Origin: Eledone cirrhosa
Lineage: Eukaryota
Assembly (NCBI GenBank): GCA_964016885.1
Contig: OZ024762.1
Location: 8,742,001 to 8,806,000 of the forward strand
Direction of reading: 5' to 3'
Length of the DNA: 64,000 nt
The first letter of the stretch is position 1. The number at the start of each line of letters is the position of its first letter. Shown here piece by piece: positions 1-14,364 of this stretch. Under the pieces are notes generated by a model. It was not told where the DNA came from and did no database searches. It was given only the letters and a program-made list of their open reading frames with translations. A program made the translations under genes and the position numbers.

Positions 1-19
1 TCTATTTATCTTAACTCTA

Positions 20-55
20 TCTTCTGATGAACGACTGGTGTCCGAAATGTTAAGA
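20..55 (+). ncRNA. Minimal type I hammerhead ribozyme (family D), slightly degenerate
   Basis: TCTT-CTGATGA-A-CGAC TGGT GTCC-GAAA-TGTT-AAGA; homologous to the intact copy at 56519-56554; the element continues to ~137 and ends at an A/(TA)n tract. Confidence 0.7.
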
Positions 56-139
56 CTCTCTTCCTACTATTTCAAGCGTTAAACTAATATATTTCTTCCA
101 TGTACTGTGCCGTTTGTTTTGTTATTTTTGTTATTACTG

Positions 140-199
<60 letters not shown>

Positions 200-228
200 A
201 TGTGTGTGTGTGTATGTGTGTGCGTGTC

Positions 229-400
229 ATAATCGTCCTCATCACCACCGTTTAACGTCCATTTTCTACGCTAGCATGGGTTAGACAATTTTCCCCATTG
301 TGAGATAAGCCAGGTTAGATGATTACATTTTGCTCATACAGAACTGATTTTTGGCTTGGTTGCACTTCCTAACGCCAGCCATATTCACAGTGTAGAGTGG
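229..400 (-). mobile_element. SINE fragment with RTE-like 3' tail (cephalopod-type)
   Basis: Minus-strand end ...aacccatgctagcgtagaaaatggacgttaaacggtggtgatga; a similar tail (aaagcggacgtaaaa(tga)n) occurs at ~47905-47970. Confidence 0.55.
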
Positions 401-743
401 GTGCTTTGTGTCGTGACACCTACACAACCACTTTACAGTGTGTACTGGGTGCTTTGCGTCGTGACACCTACACAACCACTTTACAGTGTGTACTGGGTGC
501 TTTGTGTCGTGACACCTACATGACCACTTTACAGTGTGTACTGGGTGCTTTGTGTCGTGACACCTACATGACGACTTTACAGTGTGTACTGGGTGCTTTG
601 TGTCGTGACACCTACATGACCACTTTACAGTGTGTACTGGGTGCTTTGTGTCGTGATACCTACAAGACCACTTTACAGTGTGTACTGGGTGCTTTGTGTC
701 GTGACACCTACATGACCACTTTACAGTGTGTACTGGGTGCTTT
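388..743. repeat. 48-bp minisatellite, ~7 copies, grown from the adjacent SINE body
   Basis: Unit cagtgtgtactgggtgctttgtgtcgtgacacctacatgaccacttta; gives the 16-aa repeat in ORF 397-915. Confidence 0.9.
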
Positions 744-919
744 GGTGGGGGAGGTGTATGGGGATTGGGGAGGTGGGTATATAGGCGTGTATGAGGGGTG
801 GAGTGTTAGAACGTGGGAAGTTTATGGATGGAGGAGGTTGGGGAAAGTGGCGCATACTAGATATATGCTTCAGTCTGTGCTCATTGGAATGTGGGTCTTC
901 TGTATAACTACATAACGCT

Positions 920-1345
920 AGAGATCTCAGTCAGTCCTGTGTCACAACCTTTGAGAGGTGCAACTGTGCAAGGTCAGCTTTTATCACCTCGATCATCCCA
1001 AGTCTTCCTGGGTCGTCCTACTCCAAGGCTTCCATCAACTTTGAGCGCCCTGCATCTTTTTATGCAGCTGTCATCCTTCATACGCATCACAGGTCCATAC
1101 CAACATAATCTCCTTTCTTGCACACAACATTTGATTCATCTTATGCCCAGTTTCTCTCTCAGTTCATTTATGCTTTGCTGTTCAAGTATATTACTATTAC
1201 ATATCAATCGAAGCATGCAAGCTTCATTTCTTTCCAATTTTTGCAGGTCCTCTGCACACAACACCCAGGCCTCACTACTATGCAGCATTGCTGTTCGTAT
1301 ACACACATTATGCAATCTGCATTTCTGGTTGCTGTACTTTCAGAA
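920..1345 (-). mobile_element. RTE-clade LINE, decayed C-terminal RT region
   Basis: Minus frame reads ...MLHSSEAW...KLERNEACMLRLIC...LREKLGIR*...RRLCWYGPVMRM...GRPRKTWDD, with an internal stop. Confidence 0.85.
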
Positions 1346-1435
1346 CTGCTGATTTGGTCTCCCAAATAGCAAATGGTCCTACAGAACATTCCAAGAATTT
1401 AATACCACTTCTTTCCTGCAGTTGTTTGCTGACTA

Positions 1436-1523
1436 TTTTCCTATTACCCCCTCTACTACCCTAAGTATTGAGTACTCTGGTGCGTTAGGGTCCACCTGGT
1501 TCCTTACCACACTTTCTTTGTTA
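1436..1523 (+). mobile_element. 3' end of HHR-element family B
   Basis: ttttcctattacccc...ctaagtattgagtactctggtgcg...ccttaccacac, then (TA)n; the same end occurs at 8937-8995, 17770-17860 and 28480-28570. Confidence 0.75.
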
Positions 1524-1649
1524 TATATATATATATATATATATATTGTTATACTTTGGGAGGTCATGTTGCCAATAAAAACACACACACACACACACAC
1601 ACACATATATGTATATATATAATTATTATCATTATCATTATTATTATTA

Positions 1650-2880
1650 TTATTCAAATCCCACCGAGGTTAGCTCTGCCTTTCATCCTTACGGGGTCGG
1701 TAAAATAAAGTACCAGTCACACACTGGGGCCGATTTAATCGCCCCCCCCCCCCGCCAAAAAAAAAAACTGCTGGCCGTGTGCATATATAAGAAACCACGG
1801 GGTCGATAAAATAAAGTACCAGTAATGCACTGGGTAATTTCTGGCCTTGTGCCTAAAATAGAAACAATTATTATCATTATCAATAGGCGCGTTAGTATAA
1901 TTAAAACATTTCCAATCAATGAAACAATTAAAGTCATCAATAGATCAATGGCTTATTCCCCCAAACCAACAAACAAAAGCAGAAGAGTTTAACAGATTAT
2001 TTTAGAGAATGGGCGGTGGATTGGCAGTATCGGTAGAGGGTCGGACGCCATGCTTTGCAGCATAGAGTTACGGCCTTTTAAGGTCTGAGTTCAAATCCCA
2101 CCGCGGTTAACTTTGCTTTTCATCCTTACGGGGTCGATAAAATAAAGTACCAGTAATATACTGGCATATTTGCTGGCCTTGTGCCCAAAGTAGAAACAAT
2201 TATTATATGTATATAGGGTAGTGGATCGGTAGAGGGTCAGGCGCCATACTTTACAGCATAGAGTTATGGCGCTTTATGATCTGAGTTCACATCTCGCCGA
2301 GGTTAACTTTGCCTTTCATCCTTTCGGGGTCGATAACATAAAGTACCAGTAATGCACTGGGATAATTGCTGGCCTTGTGCCAAAATTAGAAATCATTATT
2401 ATTATTAGTATTATATTCAGCATAGTTACGTCCCTTTACAATCTGAGTTCACACACCGCCGAGGTTAACTTTGCCTTTCATCCTTACGGGGGTCGATAAC
2501 ATAAAGTACCAGTAATGCACTGGGATAATTGCTGGCCTTGTGCCAAAATTAGAAATCATTATTATTATTAGTATTATATTCAGCATAGTTACGTCCCTTT
2601 ACAATCTGAGTTCACACACCGCCGAGGTTAACTTTGCCTTTCATCCTTACGGGGGTCGATAAAATAAAGTACCAGTAATGCACTGGGATAATTGCTGGCC
2701 TTGTGCCAAAATTAGAAATCATTATTATTATTAGTATTATATTCAGCATAGTTACGTCCCTTTACAATCTGAGTTCACACACCGCCGAGGTTAACTTTGC
2801 CTTTCATCCTTACGGGGGTCGATAAAATAAAGTACCAGTAATGCACTGGGATAATTGCTGGCCTTGTGCCAAAAGTAGAA
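1650..2880 (+). mobile_element. Cluster of tRNA-derived SINE copies (Meta-like central domain), including a 163-bp tandem triplication at 2417-2880
   Basis: A-box-like tggcagtatcggtag, B-box gagttcaaatccc, core gcctttcatccttacggggtcgataaaataaagtacc, tail agaaacaa(tta)n. Confidence 0.85.
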
Positions 2881-3092
2881 ATGTTGAATCAGGTGCGAAC
2901 CCAGAACCTCTGATGTGGAGAAGGTCTTTACCATTACTTTCCAACTGGTCAAGCACATATGTCCAGAACAATTCAACCACTTATTGGTCAACAGAGATGG
3001 ACTAAGTCATCCTTTGCTGATTGGCTTAAGTGATCATCGTTGCATGTACCTTCTTCATTTTCTCGCCTCTGTTGTTCATCGTTTGTAGTTGG

Positions 3093-3460
3093 ATGTTGTT
3101 GTTGTTGTTGTTGGTGGTGGTGTTGTTGGTGATGGTGTTTGTGTTTCTTCATGTTGATTGCTGCTGTTGTTGTTGTTGTTGATGTTGTTAGTGGTGTTGT
3201 TGATGTTGTTGGTGTTGTTGTTGGTGTTGTTGTTGGTGTTGTTGTTGCTGTTGTTGGTGTTGTTGTTGCTGTTGTTGGTGTTGTTGTTGGTGTTAGTGTT
3301 GTTGTTGGTGTTAGTGTTGTTGTTGTTGGTGTTAGTGTTGTTGCTGTTGTTAGTTTTGTTGTTGTTGGTGTTAGTGTTGTTGTTGTTGTTGGTGTTGGTG
3401 TTGTTGTTGGAGTTGTTGCTGTTGTTGGTGTTGTTGTTGTTGTTGTTGTTGGTTGGTGGA
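3093..3460. repeat. (GTT/GGT)n microsatellite
   Basis: Direct inspection. Confidence 0.95.
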
Positions 3461-3511
3461 GGTGAAAATTACTACATCAGAACCCAAAAGTAGACATAAT
3501 CTTACGGAACG

Positions 3512-3556
3512 ATGTGTGTGTGTGTATACATATATATGTGTATATTTGTGTAGTAT

Positions 3557-3591
<35 letters not shown>

Positions 3592-3646
3592 AACATATAT
3601 GTATAAATATATAAACACACATATATATATATATAAACACACATAT

Positions 3647-3679
<33 letters not shown>

Positions 3680-3842
3680 CACAAGTGTATATATATATAT
3701 ATATATACACACAAGTGTATATATATATACCTGCATATGTATCCATCCGTATATATATGTGTGTGGTGTGTATGTGTGTGTATATATATATATATATATA
3801 TACATATATATATGTATATATATATATATAAATATAAATATG

Positions 3843-3880
<38 letters not shown>

Positions 3881-4065
3881 TATGTGTATGTGTGTGTGTG
3901 TGTATATATATGTATATATATATGTGTGTATATATATATATGTATATATATATGTGTATGTATATATATATATATATGTGTATATATATATGTGTATGTA
4001 TATATATGTATATATATATGTGTATGTATATATATATATATATACATGTGTATATATATATATAA
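3512..4065. repeat. Compound (TA)n/(CA)n microsatellite
   Basis: Direct inspection. Confidence 0.95.
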
Positions 4066-4559
4066 TATTTTGCCGCTTTTGAAGTTTTTATTAATAGTTG
4101 CAATATAACCTCTGAAAGTCATTTGAAACACTTGGGGAGATCAATTATAAAACTCCGTTGACCAGAGAGTGCGGCGGCTGGGCAGTTGCAGTGTTGCAGA
4201 CGATAAGGGGAGTTAATAAAATCAATGAAAACGCTTTACAATTAATATCACATAGCCGACGGGAAGTGACTGCGCATGCGGATTTACCAGAAAAAGATTT
4301 CTTTAATGACGGTGAAAATAAAAATAATGGAATATTCACTGTGGTTTATCCGTGTAAATTATACGTACGTATTCGATAAACAAAACAGCGCTGCCTGGAA
4401 GGAAAGAAGTTATAAATGATATTAACATTAGTAATATCACTGATATGGCAACACGGTTATAACAAAAGGTTATAGCGTGAAATAAATTTCGACATTGTCG
4501 TGGAACAAATTACCGTTTTCCTCGTTCCTATTCCTATTTCTGTTTCTATAAATGTATTC

Positions 4560-5270
4560 CCTTTCCTTTTTCTGTTTTCTCTCTATTTTCTCTCTATTTC
4601 CTCTTCATTTTCTCTATTTTCTCCATTTTCTCCCTATTTTCTCTTTATTTCTTCTCCATTTTCTCTATTTTCTCTATTTTCTCCATTTTCTCTCTATTTT
4701 CTCTCTATTTCCTCTCCATTTTCTCTATTTTCTCCATTTTCTCTCTATTTTCTCTTTATTTCCTCTCCATTTTCTCTCTATTTTCTTTCCGTTTTCTCTC
4801 CATTTCTCTCTATTTTCTCTCTATTTTCTCTCTATTTTCTCTCTATTTTCTCTCTATTTTCTCTCTATTTTCTCTCCATTTTCTCTCCATTTTCTCTCCA
4901 TTTTCTCTCTGTTTTCTCTCAATTTCGCTCTATTTTTCTTTCTATTTTCTCGTTCTTTTCCCCTTTTCCCCTTTTTACCTTTTTCCTCTTTTTCCTTTTT
5001 TCTTCCACACCCAGCTCACCAAACTACCGCAACCATCATCATTATCATCACTATAACCACCACCACCACCATCATCATTATCACTATCATCATCACTATC
5101 ACCATCATCTCCATCACCGACATCACCATCATCACCGTCACCATCATCACTATCACACCATCACTACCATCACCACCACCGCCATCATCACTATCACCAC
5201 CACCACCACCACCTCCACCACCACCACTACCATCACCACCACCACATTTACCAAAACCATATCAACCATA
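4560..5270. repeat. Polypyrimidine (ctctattttct-like ~11-bp) repeat followed by (CAC/CAT)n
   Basis: Direct inspection. Confidence 0.9.
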
Positions 5271-5386
5271 TCGAAAGACATCCTCTTTCCTGCTGAATGG
5301 AAGAAAAAGAAAGAGATTTCTTCTTCTTCAGAGGAATCTCAGATTGACGGAATCACGGTTTCGCCTCAAACTTGAAACCAAATTGT

Positions 5387-7281
<1,895 letters not shown>

Positions 7282-7282
7282 A

Positions 7283-8310
7283 CTAGCCGAATTACCCGCG
7301 CCTTGCTGCGTTTCACACATTTTTTTTGTAAGAAAATGATGATTGATTTTAAATCAGTGATATAATTTATGGAGAAAAACTCTGTATTTCAATATTACTC
7401 AATACAAAATGTAATACATGAAAAATTGGAAAAGATTATTTTTTGTAATATATCAAATCAAAATTACATTATTAAAACTTATTCTTATTTTGTTTCTTGT
7501 AAATGATATTTTTCAAAATATCAATTCAAAACTTGATCATTTCATTTTTGAGTAAAGTATTATTTTCAAATTAGAAATTCAAAGTTTAATTATTTATTTT
7601 TTAACATAATAAATACATGAAAATATATTTCATACTTTGTCCTAATGAATAACTTCAGGGTAAACATTTCTTGTCTTTCTTTGATTGGCTAAAATGTAGA
7701 AATTTTTTGAAGTTCCAGTCCTTGAAACAGCCACATAAAACATGCCATGACTGAAACATGGGTTTGTCAGATCTATACCAATAGTTTTGAAAGCTTGACC
7801 TTCACTCTTATTGATGCTGAGGGCAAAGCATGGCCTAACTGGGAACTGCAGCCTCTTAAATGTAAAAGGCAACTCGCTATCACTTGGTATAAGTGGAATC
7901 CTCGGAATGAGAAGAGTTTGACCTTTGTAAGCCCCAAATATAATGGTTGCTTCAATCAAGTTCTCATGCAATCTTGTTACAACACATCTTGTTCCATTTA
8001 TTGGCCAACATTTTCACTATAGGGGATTTAACCCCTGTTAGGGTATCTTAATATTATTGAAATTTGCTGAAATTTTGTGAATAGGCATCATATCTTCTCA
8101 TTTACCTATGGTTTAAATTTCATATAAATCGAAGGGAAAAGAGTTTTAGCGGGGGTTTGTGGCCCCTTTGATTAAAATGAAATATACTTATCCAAGTACC
8201 CTGGGCAATGTAGTTTCAGAATATATATGGTTATGGAGGTCTATATCCAAAACCATAGGAGGAGTTCGTGAACAAACAAACAGACAGGAACTATAACTTT
8301 ATATATGTAT
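7283..8310 (-). mobile_element. Non-autonomous, internally deleted Helitron
   Basis: Minus-strand 3' end has a GC-rich hairpin (cgcagcaaggcgcggg) then CTAG, abutting (TA)n; PIF1 helicase remnant inside; 5' part atatataaag...ctgtctgtttgtttgttc resembles Helitron 5' ends. Confidence 0.8.
7642..7990 (-). pseudogene. Helitron RepHel PIF1-family helicase C-terminal fragment
   Basis: LIPRIPLIPSD..PFTFKRLQFPVRPCFALSINKSEGQ...IDLTNPCFSHGMFYVAVSR...TRNVYPEV, matching PIF1 motifs V/VI. Confidence 0.9.
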
Positions 8311-8399
8311 GTGTATATACATATATATATGCATACATACATATATGCATACATACATATATATACATACGTATATACATACATACATATATAACTAAC

Positions 8400-8722
8400 T
8401 GGCCCTCCGTCGGTTATGACGACGAGTGATCCAATTGATCCGATCAACGGAATCGCCAGCTCACGTAATTAACATGCAAGTCGCTGAGCATTCCACAGAC
8501 ATGCCGTAACCCATAACGTAGTTCTCAGGGAGATTCAGCGTGACACAGAATGTGACAATGCTAGCCATTCGAATTACAGGTACAATTCATGTTTGACAGC
8601 TGAGTGGACTGGAGCAACGTGAAATAAAGTGTCTTACTCAAGGACACAATGCACTGTTGGGAATCGAACTTACGACCTTACGATTGTGGACGAATACCTT
8701 AACCACAAAGTCCCGCGCTTTC
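8400..8722 (-). mobile_element. Second tRNA-derived SINE family
   Basis: Minus head with B-box-like gtaagttcgattcc, then tgtccttgagtaagacactttatttcacgttgctccagtccactcagctg; other copies at 11550-11748(-) and 28735-28860(+). Confidence 0.8.
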
Positions 8723-8835
8723 ACATACATATATACATATATACATACATACACACACACACACACATACATACACACATACAGACAGACTGATAGACAT
8801 ACACACACACATACACACACAAGCCTGCCACCATA

Positions 8836-9057
<222 letters not shown>

Positions 9058-9132
9058 TATATATGTATGTATGTATGTATGCATGTATGTATGTATGTAT
9101 GTATGTATGTGTGTGTGTGTGTGTGTGTGTGT

Positions 9133-9474
9133 GATAGGTTTCGGCCAGTATTGGCCCAGGCCACGTCTAACTTAATAACACCACCTGGCGAAGTCTTACA
9201 AATCAGTGTTTGGGCATCATGGTCTACTCAAGTAGAGTGTTATTGTTTACGGAAACATATCCAGGTGTTGGAGGTTTATCTGGGTGGGATTTCTTGAACG
9301 AATTTGTCTAAAGACTTCTTGAACCTTATGGGGTCTGTTTCTGTTTTAATGTGTTTTGGTGTAATGTTAAAGAGAGCGGGGCCAATTGAGGTGAAATAAT
9401 TGTGCCATAATGTAGTTATGAGATGAGAGTTTGATTTTTGTTGTGGGCAGATAGCACAGGGCCCAACCTAAGGT

Positions 9475-9475
<1 letters not shown>
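9133..9475 (-). mobile_element. CR1/L2-group LINE 3' end
   Basis: Minus translation NYFTSIGPAL.NITPKHIK...FKKSLDKFVQEIP..PPTPGYVSVNNNTLLE*, plus a 3' UTR hairpin; UTR fragment also at 48975-49050(+). Confidence 0.75.
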
Positions 9476-9550
<75 letters not shown>

Positions 9551-9998
9551 ATATATATATATATATATAAAGTTTGACCTGTGCGTAATTCTTTTCTCGC
9601 GCACGCTTGACCAGGCTGGTTGTTCCTTTTTTCTCTCTTGTCTACGATTTCACAGAACTTATGTTCACCGAATTCAGAGACTAGACTCCTTCTTCCTCCC
9701 GTTTGACCTGTGCGGAATTCCTTCCTTGCTCCCATTTCGACTAGGTTTGATGGTCTTTATTCTCTCTCGTCCACGATTTCACCGAACTTATATTCATGGA
9801 AATCTGGGACTTGACTCTTTCTTCCTCACTTTTCGTTGCATTACCATCTTTGTTTGTTTACAGTCTCGCTCGTTCCCCTTATTTACGTGTCCCAACGACT
9901 TTCTTTAGCCGCTGCTCGCACCAACCGGAGGTATATGGTCTTTAAAGCGATGAAATATCAATGAAGGCTGGAAGATCACTGATGAAGGACTAACTTTA

Positions 9999-10052
<54 letters not shown>

Positions 10053-10083
10053 TATATATTCAACACACACACATACGTACGCA

Positions 10084-10131
<48 letters not shown>

Positions 10132-10150
10132 CCTAGACATACTCAAGAAT

Positions 10151-10213
<63 letters not shown>

Positions 10214-10303
10214 ACACTACACATGCATTAATGCATACATATACGTACATAGATACATACACCCACACAATTGACAATTTGGGAACGTAGACAGATATAG
10301 TGT

Positions 10304-10364
<61 letters not shown>

Positions 10365-10369
10365 CACCA

Positions 10370-10410
<41 letters not shown>

Positions 10411-10420
10411 GCTGCTGCTG

Positions 10421-10454
<34 letters not shown>

Positions 10455-10962
10455 AAGGCGAGGTGTGAGGGTGAGGGCGTAGTGGTGGGTGTGGTGGGCG
10501 TGGTGGTGGTGGTGTGGTGGTGGTGATGGTGTGGTGGGGGTGGATCCCCCAACCTTTAAATCCCAAGTGTCAAGCTGTCTGAAAGATGAGCCAAGAATTT
10601 TGGGTTCGGCTTCCACGTGACATTTGAGTCAAGGCTTTTTGAACAGATAATCACCCAGCGAAGTCACGTGTCAACTTTTTTGGGGGAAAGCGGTGGGGTG
10701 GGATTAGGGGTTGTGCTTTGTTTTTGACAGTCGGGTCATCACATGGGTGTGTCAGCTGATCTATATCCAGCCGGCGTTTACTGTGGCACGGTGGGGCATG
10801 AATGAGGACGGGGTGAGGTGGGTTGATGGAAGGGGTAGGTGGACATGGAGAAGAAATCCACTGGTTAAAATTTAAGACGGGATATACATGCCTACACACA
10901 TATTTCATACACACACTCACACACACATGCACACACACACATACACATATATATATATGTGA

Positions 10963-11009
<47 letters not shown>

Positions 11010-11011
<2 letters not shown>

Positions 11012-11460
11012 TTATCCCGGGTTCAATCGGGGATAACCACAGTAAGTAAGGTACTCAATACATAGCAGAGTATAGATGTTTTAATATAGAAAAGCTTCTA
11101 CAAGACTAGAACTGTTTCATTCGTGAGAAGTCATCAGGAAACTGACTGTCCAAGTAAATGTGCTGGTATTTATATCTTTTCTGGTGGAAGGAGAGGGTGG
11201 GGATTGGGATGGGTGGAAGTCATTGGTTGATAGATTTAAAGAAAAGGGAGTTCATTAAAAGCTAATTCTTTAAAGCTATCACTTATATTAATTTATATTA
11301 ATTTATATTAATTTATATTAATTTATATTAATTTATATTAATTTATATTAATTTATATTAATTTATATTAATTTATATTAATTTATATTAATTTATATTA
11401 ATTTATATTAATTTATATTAATATAAATAATAGCTTAAAAGAATTAGCTTTTAATGAACG
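11010..11460 (-). mobile_element. HHR-element family A copy with a 5' fold-back enclosing (ATTTATATTA)x~14
   Basis: Terminus cccgggttcaatcggggataaccacagtaagtaaggtactcaata shared with 28240-28290 and 55620-55680; inverted arms 11250-11290 and 11415-11459. Confidence 0.75.
11093..11143 (-). ncRNA. Type I hammerhead ribozyme (family A)
   Basis: Minus: AGTTTC-CTGATGA-CTTC TCAC GAAT-GAAA-CAG TTCTAGTC TTG-TA-GAAGCT. Confidence 0.7.
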
Positions 11461-11549
11461 TATACTATATATATACACTCTATACTCTATATATACACTA
11501 TATATACTCTCTATATACACTATGTACAGTATATGTATACACTATATAT

Positions 11550-11746
11550 GATGTTGTCCGAGAGAAAGGCAATGGCCGCTACAGCTTGGCACAAGTGACG
11601 TCACAACTCATTTCTACAGCTGAGTGAACTGGAGCAATGTGAAATAAAGTGTCTTGCTCAAGGAAACAACACATCACCCGGTCCAAGAATCGTACTCACA
11701 ATCTCACAGTTGCAAGCCCAACGTTCTAACCATTAAGCGATGCGGC

Positions 11747-11748
<2 letters not shown>
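11550..11748 (-). mobile_element. SINE (same family as 8400-8722)
   Basis: cagctgagtgaactggagcaatgtgaaataaagtgtcttgctcaagga. Confidence 0.75.
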
Positions 11749-11831
<83 letters not shown>

Positions 11832-12122
11832 ATATGTAAAATAGGCTGTGCGGTTTACGATGATCAAGTCATTACTAAACACGTGTTAGAAATACAGGAA
11901 ACAGAAAACGCGCAAGAAACAAACACATGGACAATTCTCGCTCATCAGCTGTCTTTCTGGGGATCATTATAGTTTCGGTTGCTTTATAAGACATGACTTG
12001 CGACCGACAGATAGTATTAGCAATGGAAAAACCATTTTCTCCTTGGTCCGATATTTGACGAGCTCCCCTCCACTCGCTAAGTGAGTGAAGTCTGCCTGTT
12101 GCCGATCGATTTCATCGATATA

Positions 12123-12172
<50 letters not shown>

Positions 12173-12619
12173 TGGGGGGGGGGATAGAGGATGAGAAAGA
12201 GAGAGAGTGAGAGAGGGGGAGAAATAGAGGAGAAAGAGAGAGAGAGAGAGAGAGATGGAAATAGGAGGGAGAGAGGGAGAGAGAGAGAGAGAGAGAAAGA
12301 AAGAGAGAGAAAATCTCTCTATATCATCATCAGGTCGAGCTTGCTCTCTCTCTCTCTATATATCTAAATCTATATATTTGGGAATATATATACACACACA
12401 CACATATATATATGTGGACACACTATCAACACGATACCATATACACCGTGATAGTGGTTGTGGTGGTGGTGGTGGTGGTGTTAGTGGTGGTGGTGTTAGT
12501 GGTGGTGGCGGTGGCGGTGTCGGGGAAGGGGGTGGCGTCCAACAATTCAAACCAGCAATAGTTGAACATCTTTTTACTTATCTTTCACTCTCAGTCTTTG
12601 ATCTAAAAAAGGTAGATTT

Positions 12620-12706
12620 TGTGTGTGAATGTATGTATATATATATATACAGTATATATATATATATATATGTGTGTGTGTCTGAGAGTATGTGTGTGTG
12701 TTTGTA

Positions 12707-12753
<47 letters not shown>

Positions 12754-12776
12754 GCGTGTGTGTGTGTTTGTATGTG

Positions 12777-12826
<50 letters not shown>

Positions 12827-13231
12827 CGTGTGTGTGTGTATGTTTGTATGTATATGTGTGTGTTTGAGTGTATGTGTGTGCGTGTGTGTGTATCTGTTTG
12901 TCTATGTGTGTGTGTGTGTGTTTGTGAGTATGTGTGTATGTTTGTGTGTGTCTATGAGTGTATGTTTGCGCCCGTAACCATGTATGTATATATGTATGTG
13001 ATTGTATGTTTGGGTATGCGTGTTTTTATGTATGTGTGTGTGTGCGTCTGTGAGTGCGTATTTGGGTGTGTGTGTATGTGTGTGTGTGTGTGTGTGTCTC
13101 TCTCTCTCTGTATGTTTGTGTGTCTGTACGTATGTGTGTGTGTGTGTGTGTGTATATGTCTGTATGTATGTATATATGTAAGGGAGTATGTATGGGTATG
13201 TGTGAATGTAAAAAAGAATATGTGTGTGTGT

Positions 13232-13271
<40 letters not shown>

Positions 13272-13531
13272 TTAGTTCTGTATATGTGTTTCTGTATTTG
13301 TGTATACCTGTCCGTATGTATAGTGTGTGTGTATGTGTGTATGTGTGTATGTGTGTATGTGTGTATGTGTGTATGTGTGTATGTGTGTGTATGTGTGTGT
13401 ACGTGTGTGTGGTAGAAGACATCAAAGTCGGGATACTAAAGATGGTTGTTCTAACTACGTCTACCATCACCATCACCATCACCAGCACCACCTTTCTTCA
13501 CCACCATCATCATCATAATCAACATCATCGT

Positions 13532-13595
<64 letters not shown>

Positions 13596-13610
13596 CACCA
13601 CCCGTGAACT
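12620..13610. repeat. (TG)n/(TA)n/(CTA)n microsatellites
   Basis: Direct inspection. Confidence 0.95.
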
Positions 13611-14364
13611 AGGAGAGGTTTTGTTATTGGTGTTTCTACTACCAACCAAGATGGCGTCAAGAGAACCAGAGGAAGCTGGGCCAACCTTTGACCCGTTCTA
13701 ATCCAGTTCTAACCTGTTCTAACCAGTCCTAACCTGTTCTAATCAGTTCTAAGCTCCCGTCTACTGAAAGGACCGTTGCCTTTGAAGATGATTGAATCTC
13801 CCATAGAGGGGTCGGGGTGGGGTGGGGTGGGGTGGAGAGAGGGAGGGGTGTTGGATCTGGAGAGCGGGAGAGGTGTGGGTGGAGGTGGAAGCGGAGATGG
13901 AGAGATGGTTGGGGTTGGGGTAGAGAGGGTGGAGGGGTGGAGCAAGGGGTGGGGTGGGGTGGAGGAGCAACAGAACAAAACAAGGAAATAATAAGAAGGA
14001 AAAAAAGGAGAAGAAACAAGAAGAGGAAAAAGAGAAGAAAAGAAGAAGAAAGAAGAAAAAGAAGAAGAACAAGGATTGCAAGAAGAAGAAAGAAACACAA
14101 AAAATTATCCCCCCCACCTCACCAACATCACCCACCCCCTCTCCCCACCCTCACCCCCCATCCGAACAATTTTCATGTTTTCGCTGCACTGCAATTTGTG
14201 CAGCATTCATGTGGTGCATCTCGGTGCACTTTTTCCCCTGCATTTGTTTATTCAACAGAAGAGAAAAGGGAGAAATTCTGCAACATATGCACCGCTACCA
14301 CTGGAACAATTACTTCTCCACCAATACTTGGTTTCTTTCATCTTTCACGATTTCTAAACACACA

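Noticed and set aside
2011-2105. tRNA genes at A/B-box sequences
   Set aside because: These are SINE heads followed by conserved SINE bodies; no cloverleaf
9133-9170. GGCC..GGCC-GAAAC hairpin as a hammerhead half
   Set aside because: No CUGANGA core; better explained as the 3' UTR stem-loop of the adjacent CR1-like LINE
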